A DNA stretch of 52,968 bases, from positions 27,657,965-27,710,932 of the forward strand of contig NC_057718.1 of NCBI RefSeq assembly GCF_004010195.1. Direction: 5' to 3'. This document shows positions 13,316 to 27,173 of this stretch, piece by piece. The notes below the pieces were generated by a model. The model did no database searches. It was not told the DNA's origin and saw nothing but the letters and a program-made list of their open reading frames with translations. This stretch comes from Chiloscyllium plagiosum (lineage: Eukaryota). Position numbers and translations under genes: made by a program. Positions within the stretch are counted from its first letter, which is position 1. The number at the start of each line of letters is the position of its first letter.

Positions 13316-13484
13316 AGATTTGGAGATGCCGGTGTTGGACTGGGGTGTACAAAGTTAAAAAACAGGTTAAATTGGAAGCACACCAGCATTCGGAGTGCCT
13401 GATGAAGGAGCGGCGCTCCAAAAGCTAGTGTGCTTCCAATTAAACCTGTTTGACTATAACCTGGTGTTGTGATTTTTAACTTTG
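13316..13484. mobile_element. Penelope pLTR-like inverted-repeat element with hammerhead motif
   Basis: 12-bp TSD TACAATTATGTA (13304-15, 13485-96). CTGATGA-AGGAGCG..CGCTCC-(A)AAAGCTA at 13399-13427. Confidence 0.75.
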
Positions 13485-16400
13485 TACAATTATGTAGTTA
13501 TTTTCACAACATTGACTTGGTGGACCATTCCAATGAATTACTTTTGAGGTGCAATCATTGTCCGCTGAATCATGGAAGCTAATTTGTAATATCCCACAAA
13601 CAAATTCACTGTTGCTGGAGACTGCCATTGCCTCACGCAAATCTCACTTGCCATTTCAGTCCAGGCCTAGATGTTGTCCAGCTTTTGCTACGTATGGGCA
13701 CTGACGACTTCAACATCTGAGAAGTTAAAAACGGTGTTCAACATTGTGCAGTGAACATCCCTGCTTATGATTTTAGTTTGGATGAAATTGACGAGACTGA
13801 AGCGCACCGTGCCTTGGACACAATGCTGAGGAACCCTGTAGTGACGTCCTGGAGCTGAGATGACAGACCAACAACTACATCCTTTTTTTTGTACTACCTA
13901 TGACTTGAATTATTGGATCATTTTCCCAATTCCCACAATGTCACTTATCTTGGAGATCCTTGATGCCACACTGCTAAAATGTCAAGAACAGTTACTCCCC
14001 CTTATGCTGGAGTTTAACTCTTTTGTTCATGGTGGACACAAGCTCTATTGAGTTGAGGAATTGAACAGCCCTGGCAGAAGTAACAGCAGGTTATTGCTAA
14101 ACAAATGGCACTTGATAGCACTGTCTGTGACCTCTTCCATCGTTTTGCTGATGATTGGGAGTGGACATGCTTCAATGTTTCACATACAATGAGGACAATG
14201 GAAAACAATGCAGCCAAATCACAACAAAAACAAGAGCCAGCACAGTAGTCAAAGTGAGTGAACGAGAAAGAAACATCTATGAGGACTACCTAGAAAAATC
14301 TGGTTTTAATCTTATTTCCTGATAACTGCCCGCACCTGGTGATCACTGAAAGTAGAGCACCATAGAATGAAAATCCTGGTTTTAATCCTAATATTACCAT
14401 ACACAAGGCTTGCATATTTATTACATAACATATTGATCACAATTAAATTTCAGACAGATAACATTCGTGCCTGATGACCAAATGTGTTCCTAAATCAAAC
14501 AGTTTTTTTTTAAATGTTCCAGAGCTAGTTAAAGCACAGAGCTAAGGTCTTTATAAGCAAAAGCCACAACCTTATAAAGGTGTGGGCTTAATTGGAGAAT
14601 ACTGGCAAATTTTACTTCAAGTAAAGACAAATCAGTTTTTCAGAAGTTGGACAGCCAAAAAAAACCTGATGACCTAAAAACAATACAGGAGAAACAAAGA
14701 TGTGTACACATGGAATGGTTGCTAAATGCTATTCAGGCAGCATTTGAAATGGGTCCAAATGTAAATCACAGTACTCTTGGACAAATTCCAAATGTCACAG
14801 AAATATTTTTTCCACAAACATTAAGCAGCTTCAGTAGAAGAAATTTCAATATGACCAATAATATGAAGAGTCTGAGAGACTGTCAAAAAGAGTTTCACTG
14901 TTTCTATAATGTTCATTCCTTGATATTAAAACTGAATTCAGAGATTAAGCAATTAAGCTGCACAAAAATTAGGGTCGAGCTATCAAGACTGGACTATATT
15001 TACTGTAGTTTTTCCAAATTAATACACAAATTAATAGGACTGACAAAATAATTCAACTGAAGGGAAAGTAGTTGTGTACAGGAAATCTCGATTGTCTAGT
15101 TTTGAAAATCAAGAGGACTTTCAAAATGCAAAATTCTCAAAATTAAATTATTTCGTACCAAAGAAATTACTTAGGACGAAGCCATTCACATTGCAAAATA
15201 ATCAACTTCAAAAGAGCAGTATGCTTTAATTATCACCATTTGCAATGCAATCACTATTGTATTTTGATTCATGAAATGAAGACAATAATTGAAAATATAC
15301 TGGAATAAACCTGCATTGTTAAGAAGTGATAATCCAAACAGGATTGAGCTAATCAGGCCACTTGTACATTTCCAATGATCAGGTTTTGCATAGGTCGTCA
15401 AGACAAATTGTAACAACACCCTTACATCGAGGGAGGGACAAGAGTTTTTTTTAAAAATGTAATTAGGTGACTAGGCCAGCATTAATTGCTCATCCAACAG
15501 CACTTGAAAGGGCGGTGGTGAGCCTCTGCTTGAACCACAGCAGTCCATGCAGTGTAGATATGCAAACAGTATAATTATGGAGGGAATTTCAGGATTCTGA
15601 ACCAGCAATATTACAAGAATGGTAACATAGTTCAAAGTCAGAATGACATGCGACTTGAAGGGAATTTGCAGGTGATGTTGTTCGCATGCATTTGCTGCTC
15701 ATCTTTCTCAGTGGAAAAGATCATAGGCTTGGAGAATGCTGTCTTAAGAGTTTTTGAGAGATTGTGCACTGCATTCTACAAATGGTGCACACTGTTGCTG
15801 AGCGAGTGAATGCTCAGTTAATGGATGGAATACCAATAAAGCAGGTTGTTTTGTCATGGATTAATCAACCAGAGACCTGTAGATGCTGGAAATCAAACTG
15901 CTAGAAAAGCTCAGGTCAGGCACATCTGTGCAGAAAAAGCAAAGTTGACATCTGGCCCAGTGACTCAAAGAAAGTTCTGAAGAAAGTCACTTGGTGAAGT
16001 GGCAATCTTCCCAACTGATTCCACCATATTCTGATTTGAGACATGTAGATATGGAAAGGCTTTAGGTACTTAGGAGGCAAGTTACTTGCCACAGAACTGC
16101 CAGCCTCTAAGCTGCTCTTGTATCTACACATATTCATTTGTTCTTTCCTAAACCACCATCATAAGTACCATTTCCTAGCTGCTTTCAATTCCAATGAAGG
16201 GCCACTAGACCTGAAATATCATTCTTTTTCTTTCCATCGATGCTGCTCGACCTGCTAAGTTTCCCCACCACAGTTTGCATTCATAATAGCTGTTCAGTTC
16301 AGTTTCTGCTACTTACAAGACAAAATAGCCAAAAGAAGCAAGACATATACTAAGTAACTCAAATATGAAATGGTATTTAGATGCAAAAGGTCAATCTAAT

Positions 16401-16567
16401 CTATTTATTATTTCACCAAAACATAACTTGAAAAATGTAAGGATTAACGTTTAATTATATTTTAAGAAAGGTGAAACGTTAATATTAAATAAATCAATCT
16501 AAGACCAACTAAAAGAAAAGCTTTTATCCAATAAAACCCAAGATTTAATTTGGGGTTAAATCAGCTT

Positions 16568-17143
16568 GGGTAGCATGGTGGCTCAGTGGTTAGCACTGCT
16601 GCCTTACAGCGCCAGGGACCTGGGTTCAATTCCAGCCTCAGGCAACTGCCTGTGTTGAGTTTGCACATTCTCCGTGTCTGTGTGGGTTTCCTCTGGGTGC
16701 TCCAGTTTCCTCCCACAATCCAAAGATGTGCAGGTAAGGTGAATTGCCCATAGTGTTCAGGGATGTGTAGAGATTAAGTGCATTCGTCAGGGGTAAATGT
16801 AGAGTAGTAGGGTAGGGGGAATGGGCCTGGGTGGTTTACTCTTTGAAAGTGGGCAGCATGGTGGCACAGCGGTTGGCACTGCTGCCTCACAGCGCCAGAG
16901 ACCCGGGTTCAATTCCCGCCTCAGGCAACTCTGTGGAGTTTGCACATTCTTCCCATGACTATGTGGGTTTCCTCCGGGTGCTCTGGTTTCCTCCTAGGAG
17001 AATTGGCCAAGTTAAATTGCCCGTAGTGTTAGATGAAGGGGTAAGTGTAGGGGAATGGGTCTAGGTGGGTTGCGCTTCGGCGGTCAGTGTGGACTTGTTG
17101 GGCCGAAGCGCCTGTTTCCACACTAAGTAATCTAATCTAATCT
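16568..17143 (+). mobile_element. Two head-to-tail HE1-like V-SINEs (16568-16845, 16851-17143)
   Basis: Two tRNA-like heads with A box and GGGTTCAATTCC B box. The second copy ends in (TAATC)n. Confidence 0.88.
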
Positions 17144-17789
17144 TTTAATTGGAAAAAATATTTCTATCAAAACGCACTATGAAATAGTGAGGCTTTCAGT
17201 GCATTAATTGAGTTCTTCTAAAAGTAATAAAACATTGATTAAATACTTTGAAATTAGGAAAGCTGTAAATTTAAATCCCAGTGCAGTCAGTTTACATGTG
17301 GATATGTATAGAGACATTCCCCGCCTTCAGTGAAAGGCAGAAAAATAAGATAAAATAAATGGGTAGGTATACACTTATTTCACAACTAGATACAGAGTCA
17401 GGCTACCATTTGCTTGGATCAAAGCCTAACAAAGACAAAAAAGGAACAAAAAAGTACAAATTCTCTAATGGCTTAGTCAGTTAAGGCCAGAATATTTTGG
17501 ATCTACATGCCATGCTTTTGAATCCTTTTATCCATTTTGAGCAGTAGTTGTGGAAGTTACAATCAGCCTTAGCAACCCAGGGCTGAGAGATGGGATGCAG
17601 GACAAATCAAGAGAATTACAGTCAAGATTCTGTCACTAGCTTTTTAAAAAGCACGCATATGAATAGGATCAGACTTCGTTTAAATTCCTTTACATAATGT
17701 CCCCACCCTGCAGTCAAATTCCCCTATTACTCAAATGGGAAATAATCACTCAAGCAATTATCACATGTGGAATCATACCCATTGTAAGT

Positions 17790-18012
17790 TAACAAGAACA
17801 GAAATTGCTGGAGAAACTCAGGTCTGGCAGCATCTGTGGGGAGAAAACAGAAAACAAAGATTAGGATGGTGGTGGTAATGAAGGAGAGGTGAGCAGGTAA
17901 ATAGAGATAGAGCACAGAGAGGGAGACATAGTCAAAAAGTGAGGCACTGGAAAAGCACAGCAGGTCAGGCAGCATCCAAGCAGCAGGCGAGTCAACATTT
18001 TGGGCATAAACC
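17790..18012 (-). mobile_element. Penelope pLTR fragments
   Basis: AAATTGCTGGAGAAACTCAGGTCTGGCAGCATCTG and GGAAAAGCACAGCAGGTCAGGCAGCATCC motifs shared with 24035-24180 and 52565-52670. Confidence 0.6.
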
Positions 18013-18069
18013 ATTTGAATGGGTAGGCAATGAAGAGGCCTTGTTGATGACAAGACAAAAGAGATGCTA

Positions 18070-18600
18070 ATTATGTGATGAGAGCCACGGGTTGGAGAGA
18101 ATGGTAGGCTGTGCCAGCCAATCTTTCAGCCATGCCAAAATCCCAACCCCTACACAAACTGCTTTTGACATTGCATAAAGTGCCTTCTGGAAATCTAAGT
18201 ACCAGCACGAGCACCAGTCTCCCTTCATACTAAGTATTACTTCCTCAAAGAATGCCAATAGATAGGGAAATCACGTCTGACCATTCACAAAACCATGTTG
18301 ACGTTGCCTGATTACTTTGAACTATCCAGCTGCCCTGCAAAACTGCTTCATTAATAGCTTCCAACATGTTTGCTATGACAATTGTTAAGCCAACTAGCAT
18401 ATAGTTTCCTGCTTTCTATCTCCTTTACCTTTTGAAGAAGAGTAACACTCACTATTTTCCAACATAAAATAACCATCCTTGAAACTAGGGGGTTTTGGAA
18501 AATTAAAACCAATGTATCATCTATCATCAGGCCACTTCTTTTCAGACTCTGGGATGAAGTCCATCAGGTCACGGGCATGTATCACACTGCTCAGTCCATT
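18070..18600 (-). mobile_element. Old CR1 RT fragment
   Basis: FFEEV..YLDFQKA..ILAWLKDWLA (ORF 18067..18258). Confidence 0.7.
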
Positions 18601-18611
18601 TACTCAATAGT

Positions 18612-18927
18612 GGGCGGCACGGTGGCACAGTGGTTAGCACTGCTGCCTCACAGCGCCAGAGACCCGGGTTCAATTCCCGCCTCAGGTGACTGACTCTGTG
18701 GAGTTTGCACGTTCTCCCTGTGTCTGCGTGGGTTTCCTCTGGGTGCTCCGGTTTCCTCCCACAATCTAAAGATGTGCAGGTTAGGTGAACTGGCCATGCT
18801 AAATTGCCCGTAGTGTTAGGTAAGGCGTAAATGTAGGGGTATGGGTGGGTTGCGCTTCGGCGGGGCGATGTGGACTTGTTGGGCCGAAGGGCCTGTTTCC
18901 ACACTGTAAGTAATCTAATCTAATCTA
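18612..18927 (+). mobile_element. Full-length young HE1-like V-SINE
   Basis: GGGCGGCACGGTGGCACAGTGGTTAGC head, B box, V-domain, (TAATC)3 tail. CpGs are retained. Confidence 0.92.
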
Positions 18928-19502
18928 AAAAACCACTTCTCTGGTGTGATTAAGGCAAGAGTGGAGGTTCACATTCAGCAGCCACACCCCAAGCCCAATG
19001 TCAGATCCCTGGATTGAGCATTGTGCCTTTGAAAAGATAAGTTGCCTCAGAAAGCCTTAGGCAAACTCTGTGCAGGAATTTGAAAATTGGAAGCATAAGG
19101 AGGCAATGAGATGTTTATGACCTGAAGGCTAACATATTCCTTCTTAACTTTAATACTGAATAAGTAGTTATGGTATTTTTAGTGATATGAAATTGCAACA
19201 CTAGGATGGTCAGTTTTGTTACTTCACAGGGGGAGACAGGGAAGTAGTAGGCAAATAGTTAGTGTCAACTGGTTCAACAATAAGCCTAAGTGATAAACAG
19301 CCACAAGTAGGAGCTCTTATTGTGCTGTGATTGCACCCCTACCACAAGACCAGAAGGCCCAGGTTCAAGTCCCACCTGTTCCAGAGGTGTTGTAACAAAT
19401 CAAACAAAATACAAAAATAGAGTGTATTTGTGGCACAACAGTAGTGTCAATACCACTGATCCAGGAATCCCACTTCCTCCAGAGGGATGTGATAGCATTT
19501 AG

Positions 19503-22500
19503 TCATAGAGTCATACAGTTGTACAGCACAGAAACAGACCCTTTGGTCCAACTCATCCATGCCGACCAGATATTCCAACCTAATCTCGTCCCACCTGCCA
19601 GCTCCCGGCCCGTATCCCTCCAAACCCTTCCTATTCATATACCTATCCAGATCCCTTTAAATGTTGCAATCGTACTAACCTCCACCACTTCTTCTGGCAG
19701 CTCATTCCATACACCCGCAGCGTGAAAAACTTGCCCCTTACGTTTCTTTTATATCTTTCCCCTCTCACCCTAAACCTATGCCCCCTAGTTCTAGACTTTC
19801 CCACCCCAGGGAAAAGACCTTGTCTATTTATCCTATCCATGCCCCTCAATTTTGTAAACCTCTATAAGGTCACCAATCAGCCTCCAATGCTCCAGAGGAA
19901 ACAGCCCCAGCCTGTTCAGCCTCTCCCTATAGCTCAAGTCCTCCAACCCTGGCAACAGCCTTTTAAATCTTTTCTGAACTCTTTCAAATTTCACATCTTT
20001 CCAATAGGAAGGAGACCAGAATTGTACACAATATTGCAACAGTGGTCTAACCAATGTCCTGCACAGCCGCAACATGACCTCCCAATTTCTGTACTCAATA
20101 CTCTGACCAATAAAGGAAACCGTATGAAACACCTTCTTCACTATCCTATCTATCTGCAACTTCACTTTCAAGGAGATATGAACCTGCATTCCAAGGTCTC
20201 TTTGTTCAGCCACTCCCTAGGACCTTACCATTAAGTGTATAAGTCCTGCTAAGATTTGCTTTCCAAAATGCAGCACCTCGCATTTATCTGAATTAAGTTC
20301 CATCTGCCACTTCTCAGCCCATTGGCCCACCTGATCAAGGTCCCGTTGTAATCTGAGATCACCTTCTTCGCTGTCCACTACACCTCCAATTTTGGTCTCA
20401 TCTGCAAATTTACTAACTTTATTTCTTATGCTCACATCCAAATCATTTATATAAATGACGGAAAATAGTGGACCCAGTACCGATCCTTGTGGCACTCCAC
20501 TGGTCACAGGCCTCCAATCTGAAAAACAATCCTCCAACTCCCTCTGTCTTCTACCTTTGAGCCAGTTCTGTATCCAAAAGGCTAGTTCTCCCTGTATTCC
20601 ATGAGATCTAACTTTACTAAACAGTCTCCCATGGGGAACCTTGTCGAATGCCTTACTGAAGTCCACATAGATCACATCCTCTGTTACTTCTTCAGAAAAC
20701 TCAATCAAGTTTGTGAGACATGATTTCCCATGCACAAAGCCATGCTGACAAACCCTATTCAGTCCTTGCCTTTCCAAATACATGTACATCCTGTCCCTCA
20801 GGATTCCCTCCAACAACTTGCCCACCACTGACGTCAGGCTCACCGGTCTATAGTTCCCTGGCTTGTCCTTACCACCCTTCTTAGACAGTGGCACCTCATT
20901 AACCAACCTCCAGTCTTCCAGCACCTCACCTGTGACCATCGATGATACAAATATCTCAGCAAGAGGCTCAGAATCACTTCCCTAGCTTCCCACAGAGTTC
21001 TAGAGCACACCTGATCAGGTCCTGGGGATTTATCCACTTTGATGCGTTTCAAGATATCCAACACTTCCTCCATTATAATATGGACATTGTTAAAGATGTC
21101 ACCATTTATTTCCTTATATCTATATTCTATATCTTCCATTTCCTTTTCCACATTAAATACTGATGCAAAATACTCATTTAGTATCTCCCTCATCTCCTGC
21201 AGCTCCACACAAAGGCCGCTTTGCTGATCTTTGAGGGGCCGTATTCTCTCCCTAGTTACCCTTTTGTCCTTAATGTATTTGTAATAACCCTTTGGATTCT
21301 CCTTAATTCAATTTCCAAAGCTAATTGTCCCTTTTTGCCCTCCTGATTTCCCTCAAAGTATATCCCTACTGCCTTTATGCTGTAAAGATTCACTCAATTT
21401 ATCCTGTCCATACCTGATATATGCTTCCTTCTTTTTCTTAAGAAAACCCTCAATTTCTTTAGTCATCCAGCATTCTCTATACCTACCAACCTTTTCTTTC
21501 ACCCCAATAGGAATATACTTTCTCTGGACTCTCGTTATCTCATTTCTGAAGGCTTCCCATTTTCCAGTCGTTCCTTTACCTGCGAACATCTGCACCCAAT
21601 CAGCTTTTGAAAGTTCTTGCCTAATACCATCAAAATTGGCCTTTCTCCAATGCAGAACTTCAACTTTTAGATCTATTCTATCCTTTTCCATCACTATTTT
21701 AAGTCTAGTAGAATTATGGTCACTGGCCCCAAAGTGCTCCCCTACTGGCACCTCAGTCACCTGCCCGGCCTTATTTCCCAAGAGTCGGTCAAGTTTTGCA
21801 CCTTCTCTAGTAGGTACATCCACATACAGAATCAGAAAATGTTCTTGTGCACATTTAAATTCCTCTCCATCTAACCCTTAACACTACGGCAGTCCCAGTA
21901 TATGTTTGGAAAGTTAAATCCCCTACCATGACCATCATTTATTCTAACAGATAAAAGATCTCCTTACAAATTTGTTTCTCAATTTCTCTGACTATTAGGG
22001 GGCCCATATGCAATCCCAATAAGGTGATCATCCCTTTTTTATTTCTCAGTTCCACCCAAATAGCTTCCCTGGATGTATTTTCGGGAATATCCTAAGTACA
22101 GCTGTAATGCTATCCCTTATCAAAAACGCCATTCCCCCTCTCTTGCCTCCCTTTCTATCCTTCCTGTAGCATTTGTATCCTGGAACATTAAGCTGCCAGT
22201 CCTGTCCATCCGAGCCATGTTTCTGTAATTGCTATGATATCCCAGTCCCATGTTCCTAACCATGCCCTGAATTAATCTGCTTTCCCTGTTAGGCCTCTTG
22301 CATTGAAATAAATGCAGTTAAATTTATCAGTCCTACCTTGCTCTCTGCTTTGTCCCTGCCTGCCCTGTTTGAATCGCTTCTGTTCTCAACCGTACCAGTC
22401 TCCGATTGATCTCTATCCTCACTATCTCCCTGGGTCCCATTGCCCACCTTACTAGTTTAAATCCTCCCGAGCAGCTCCAGCAAATCTCCCTGCCAGTATA

Positions 22501-23958
22501 TTAGTCCCTTTCCAATTTAGGTGCAATCCGTCCTTCTTGTACAGGTCACCCTTACCCCAGAAGAGATTCCAATGATCCAGAAATGTGAATCTTTCTCCCA
22601 TACACCAGCTCCTCAGCCATGCATTCACATCTGCTCTATCCTCCTATTTCTGCCCTCACTAGCTCGTAGCACTGGGAGTAATCTAGTTATTACTACTCTA
22701 GAGTACCTCCTTTTAAAATTCCTGCCTAACTCTCTCTAATCTCCCTTTAGAATCTCAACCTTTTCCCTTCCTATGTCATTGGTTCCAATGTGGACAATGA
22801 CCTCCTGCTAGCCCCTCTCTCCCTTGAGAACACTCTGCACCCTCCTTGATCCTGGCACCAGGGAAGCAACACATCACTCTGAATTTTTGCTGCTGGCCAC
22901 AGAAACATCTGTCTGTACCTCGGACTAGAGAGCCCCCTAACACAATTGATCTCTTGGAACCTGACATACCCCTCATTGTATTAGAGCCAGTCTCAATACC
23001 AGAAACTTGGCTGTTCATGCTACGTTCCCTTGAGATCCATCACCCTCTCCATTTTCCAAAACAGTATACTTGTTTGAAATGGGGATAGCCATAGAAGACT
23101 CCTGCACTAACTGCCTAACTCTCTTACCTTTCCTGGAGTGAAGCCATCTATGTGACTGTATCTGCAACTTTTCCCCCTTCCTATAACTGCCATCCATCAC
23201 ATCCCCTTGCTCTTGTATATTCCTTATTGCCTCTAACTGTCTCTCCAACCAATCGATTCGATCTGATAGGATTTGCAACCAACGTCGTTTATTGCAAATA
23301 TAATCCACAGTAACCCATAAACTCTCCTTAAACTCCCACATCTGACAAGAAATACATCTCATTGCAAAGGCCATTTTTGCTCCTTCACAATCTACAGACC
23401 CTGAAAATAACACCGTCTTATTCCTCTACAAAACACTGCTCCAGGTTAAATTAATAGTTATGGCTTATATTTTAAGTTTAATCAAGAGACATATCTCAAA
23501 AAACATAATCAAGAAAGAACCCACTCTACTCGCTACTACAGACTTTCTGTCGTCCACACTTAAAATATCCACTTATCTGTTTCTGTGCAGTGACCTCTCC
23601 CAAACAGGTTCCGCCAAGATTAGTTGTGAATTTCACTGGTTGTTAACTTTCCCAGATGCACTCAGATATCCAGCGATACATGAACACAAACAGCAAAGGC
23701 AGTAACTATGCAGGTTCATGGCTCTGTCAGTTTCTCTCTCTCGCACTGACCTCACCATGTGCTTCCTTTGTCTGTACTGCTTCCTTTTAAGACTGCTGTT
23801 GGTTTTTTTTCTCCAAAGTTCCAAAACAATGCAACAGCTTACAAAACAGTAATTGTTGCTCCTAGAATTCGAGGAAATCACCTCCAACACCTGAAATACC
23901 TCAAAAAGAAAAGCAGCTGTTACAACCAGAAATTTTTCCCGTCCTCCATCTTGGATCT
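19503..23958 (-). mobile_element. Near full-length (about 4.45 kb) inactive CR1 LINE
   Basis: 5'UTR starting with YY1-like CAAGATGG. ORF1 has a Zn-finger (CISCQMWE..YICNK) and an esterase domain (GGSLVRGTDR..CFPGARI). ORF2 has APE and RT (NYRPVSLTS, DFSKAFDKV, GVPQGSVLGP, KFADE). GACTCTAT tail. Many frameshifts. Confidence 0.93.
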
Positions 23959-24034
23959 GAACAGCTTAGAAAATATTTAAAGTGGCGGAGTCCCGAACTC
24001 AGAAGGTCCAGATTCAAGTCCCATACATAACATG

Positions 24035-24180
24035 GAACAGGAGAATCGACGTTTCTGAAGAAGGGCTTATGCCCGAAACGTCGATTCTCCTGTTCCCTGG
24101 ATGCCGCCTGACCTACTGCGCTTTTCTAGCAACACACTTCCAGCTCTGATCTCCAGCATCTGCAGACCTCACTTTCTCCT
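24035..24180 (+). mobile_element. 146-bp Penelope pLTR insertion with hammerhead core and 5' inversion
   Basis: 14-bp TSD CCATACATAACATG (24021-34, 24181-94). CTGAAGA-A-GGGC-TTAT-GCCC-GAAA-CGTC at 24055-24082. 22-bp inverted repeat. Confidence 0.82.
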
Positions 24181-24309
24181 CCATACATAACATGTCTGAG
24201 CAGGTATCTAAACTACCACAAGTGGACATGATTCTCATAAGCCCTTTTCCCTCTTCAGCTTAAAACAGCAAAAGCTTTCTGGCCAGTGTTACGCAACCTT
24301 TTGCGCAAT

Positions 24310-24621
24310 TACATTAGATTACATTACAGTGTGGAAACAAGCCCTTCGGCCCAACAAGTCCACAACGACCCGCCGAAGCGCAACCCACCCATACCCCTAC
24401 ATTTACCCCTTACCTAACACTACAGGCAATTTAGCATGGCCAATTCACCTGACCTGCACATCTTTGGACTGTGGGAGGAAACCAGAGCACCCGGAGGAAA
24501 CCCACGCAGACAGGGGGAGAACGTTCAAACTCCACACAGTCTGTCGCCTGAGGCGGGAATTGAACCCGGGTCTCAGGCGCTGTGCGGCAGCAATGCTAAC
24601 CACTGTGCCACCGTGCCGCCC
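24310..24621 (-). mobile_element. Full-length HE1-like V-SINE
   Basis: Reverse complement is nearly identical to 18612-18927. Confidence 0.92.
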
Positions 24622-25727
24622 ACAATTAAGTGGGTTCAATCATGTTTTCCAATAGATCAGAGCCTATTATATCTGCTGCTAATTGAAATGACAAGAACAA
24701 AAGCAGTAATGAGTAAAGTAACAAAACTGATCATCCTTGTGTTGCAATTTCATATCAGTAAAAATACCATGGCTTAATCCTCAGTATTAAAGGGAATATT
24801 TTAGCTCTTAGATCATAAACTTCTTGATTGAAAATTTTAGGAGGAAGGAAACAATTCTTCAAACTCCTGCACTTAACTTTTACTTTTAGCATTATGACCT
24901 CCTTTGCATGCCTCTTCTTACTCAATTATTGATTACATATAATCAAATATTTCAGCTTCACACTCAATCCCCTTGAAAAATAACAAAGGAGATAGATTTT
25001 GAGGTGCTCTTGGTCACTAACCTGATTTCCACTTTCCTCTATTTTTGAGATTACTTATTTTCGGCTCTTAAAGAACACTGATGTGTTATACATTAAAAAC
25101 CCTGTACAATCCATGTTGCTAATTTTAAAAAGAAATTCACCAAGTTACGAGATCTGAGTGAAAGTTTAGCAATGCTTTTTGATATGAAGTTTTCAGAATT
25201 TGCACTGAATATGTATTAGATAGCACATTGAACACAATAAAGCAAAGTACTTCAAAGAATGAATTAATAAACTACATTTGACACACATCCAATATTCCCA
25301 TGTGTGATCAAGATCTTAGCCAAAGAAGTATATTTTAAAGAAAATCTTTAAGAGAGAGATATGGAGGAAATGCCTCATGATTGAAATTATAGGATATAAG
25401 AATTTAGTATTCATTTAATTTATCTATATGCACTTGCACAGGATTTCACATACTTCACAAAATCACCAAAACTGAAGGGATTGAGATTTTCCTAAATACA
25501 ATTAAGTCAGCAAATGGCACAAACTAAACTCTGCAAACCTGATGGTTCTGATTTTGATCCATGGTTTGCAACAGATAATTGATGTCACATTCTGGACTCA
25601 GGAACATTTTAATCCTGTGACATGTGATTATAAATTGCCAGTTATCAGGATTTCTCGTGCCTAGTATTGCAACAATTACAAAAACTGCTTTAAGTGTGAT
25701 AAATTTGACACTGTGGAATTAACTTAC

Positions 25728-25829
25728 TTCTCTGTGCAGACGCTCATTTTCCTGTATTTTGTTCTGCAGATCTTCATCAAACACACTCTGTCGCTGTTGG
25801 CTCATTTGAGATGGAGGGTCAACATTCTT
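25728..25829 (-). CDS. PPP1R21: PPP1R21 exon 4 (KNVDPPSQMSQQRQSVFDEDLQNKIQENERLHRE)
   Basis: 102 nt from the second of tandem acceptors (105 nt from 25832). GTAAGT donor. Contains the SVFDEDLQxKIxENERLH motif. Confidence 0.93.
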
Positions 25830-27173
25830 CTGCTGTACAAAGTCAGTTCAAAATTAGCACCTATCCTAATTTATATTATGCAAAAATGTATAATAGATGC
25901 TGCACAACTGTATATGGCATTTAGAACAACAACGAAAATCTGAGCCAAAGGGGCATTATCTAACGTGACTGTCAACTCACGTATGTTTATTTCAATTTAG
26001 ATTTCAATTCTTATCACCTCCACTGGGTGATGCTGTACTAATGTAATTGGAGTGAGCAAACATCTCCGTGTAGACAAAGTCAGATGGTCATCTTGTCCCC
26101 AGCCATCCCTTTAAACATGTCACAAAATATAACAGACCCAAACTTAATCTGATACATACTCGAGGGGAAAAAAGCTGCCCAACTTGTTCCTTGATACATT
26201 CCAGCTAGCACAAGGTAGACCTTGCCCATTGCTGTTTCTAAACTTAAGTCCAATGGATTCACAAACTCTGGCCTGTCATCACAATGAAACCAACAAAATT
26301 CCTTAAGTTTATTTGTTAGCAGTTAGCTCACCTTGTGACCAACACCAAGAACAGCCTACTTGCTTGAACAAACTTCTGTTTCTATCCCCATTGACAATTT
26401 GGCATGTCAGCCTACCAAAACAGGCCAAAGACACATTTCATCAAATCTTTAGGAACTTCTGCAACCACCATGAAACGTTGTTTTTAATTTCCATGCCTAA
26501 CCCTAACTGAGCAGTTTTCAGATTTCAGACCACTCTTTGTCCAATGTTCCCAAGCATCACTTTTCACATTTGGACTAATTCTCCTAATATCCCACCTTTC
26601 CCCACTATCAATTGACACACACACTCCTTTTCTTTTCATATCCCTCTTCTTTATTCCCATGTCAACTTCATTCCATTCTCAACTTTCCTTTCAATCGCCA
26701 CCCATCAGTATTCTCTCATCTTCAAACTTCTTTGACTAGATATCAACTCACTGTGAAAGGCCACTGGGGATTAACAAAGAATTCAAAGCCAAACTACTTA
26801 GGCTATTTAAAGACAATTGATAAAAGAATCAATACTTGAGATAAATATAATTACAAGTATTCCTTTCCTTACACAAACACATTAATCTACATTGCCTCAA
26901 AAGATTGGAAGCTGATACAATAATCTACAAAAGAAATTGGATAACTATTTGAAAGAGGAAGTTTCAAGCTTCTGGAGTAAAACGGAGATGGAAACCTAAT
27001 TGGAATCTTTCAAAACAGGCAGCACACGCACAATGAGTGAAATAGGCTCCTTCTGAAATACACACCACTTAGATTCTCAATAATTAGGTCATTAGACTAA
27101 GATGTAGGGGCAGATGAAGGCCATTTGCCCCATCAAGTCTATTCTTCAACTTAATCAAATCATGGCTGATCTA

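Noticed and set aside
14647..15051. 134-aa ORF and other short intronic ORFs
   Set aside because: No recognisable domains or exon structure. AT-rich intronic chance ORFs.
16568..16640. tRNA-like sequences with A and B boxes
   Set aside because: These are SINE heads followed by a V-domain and LINE tail, not tRNA genes.
18569..18904. Near-identical 108-111 aa ORFs (also 24329..24655) as a gene family
   Set aside because: They are antisense readings of HE1-like SINEs.
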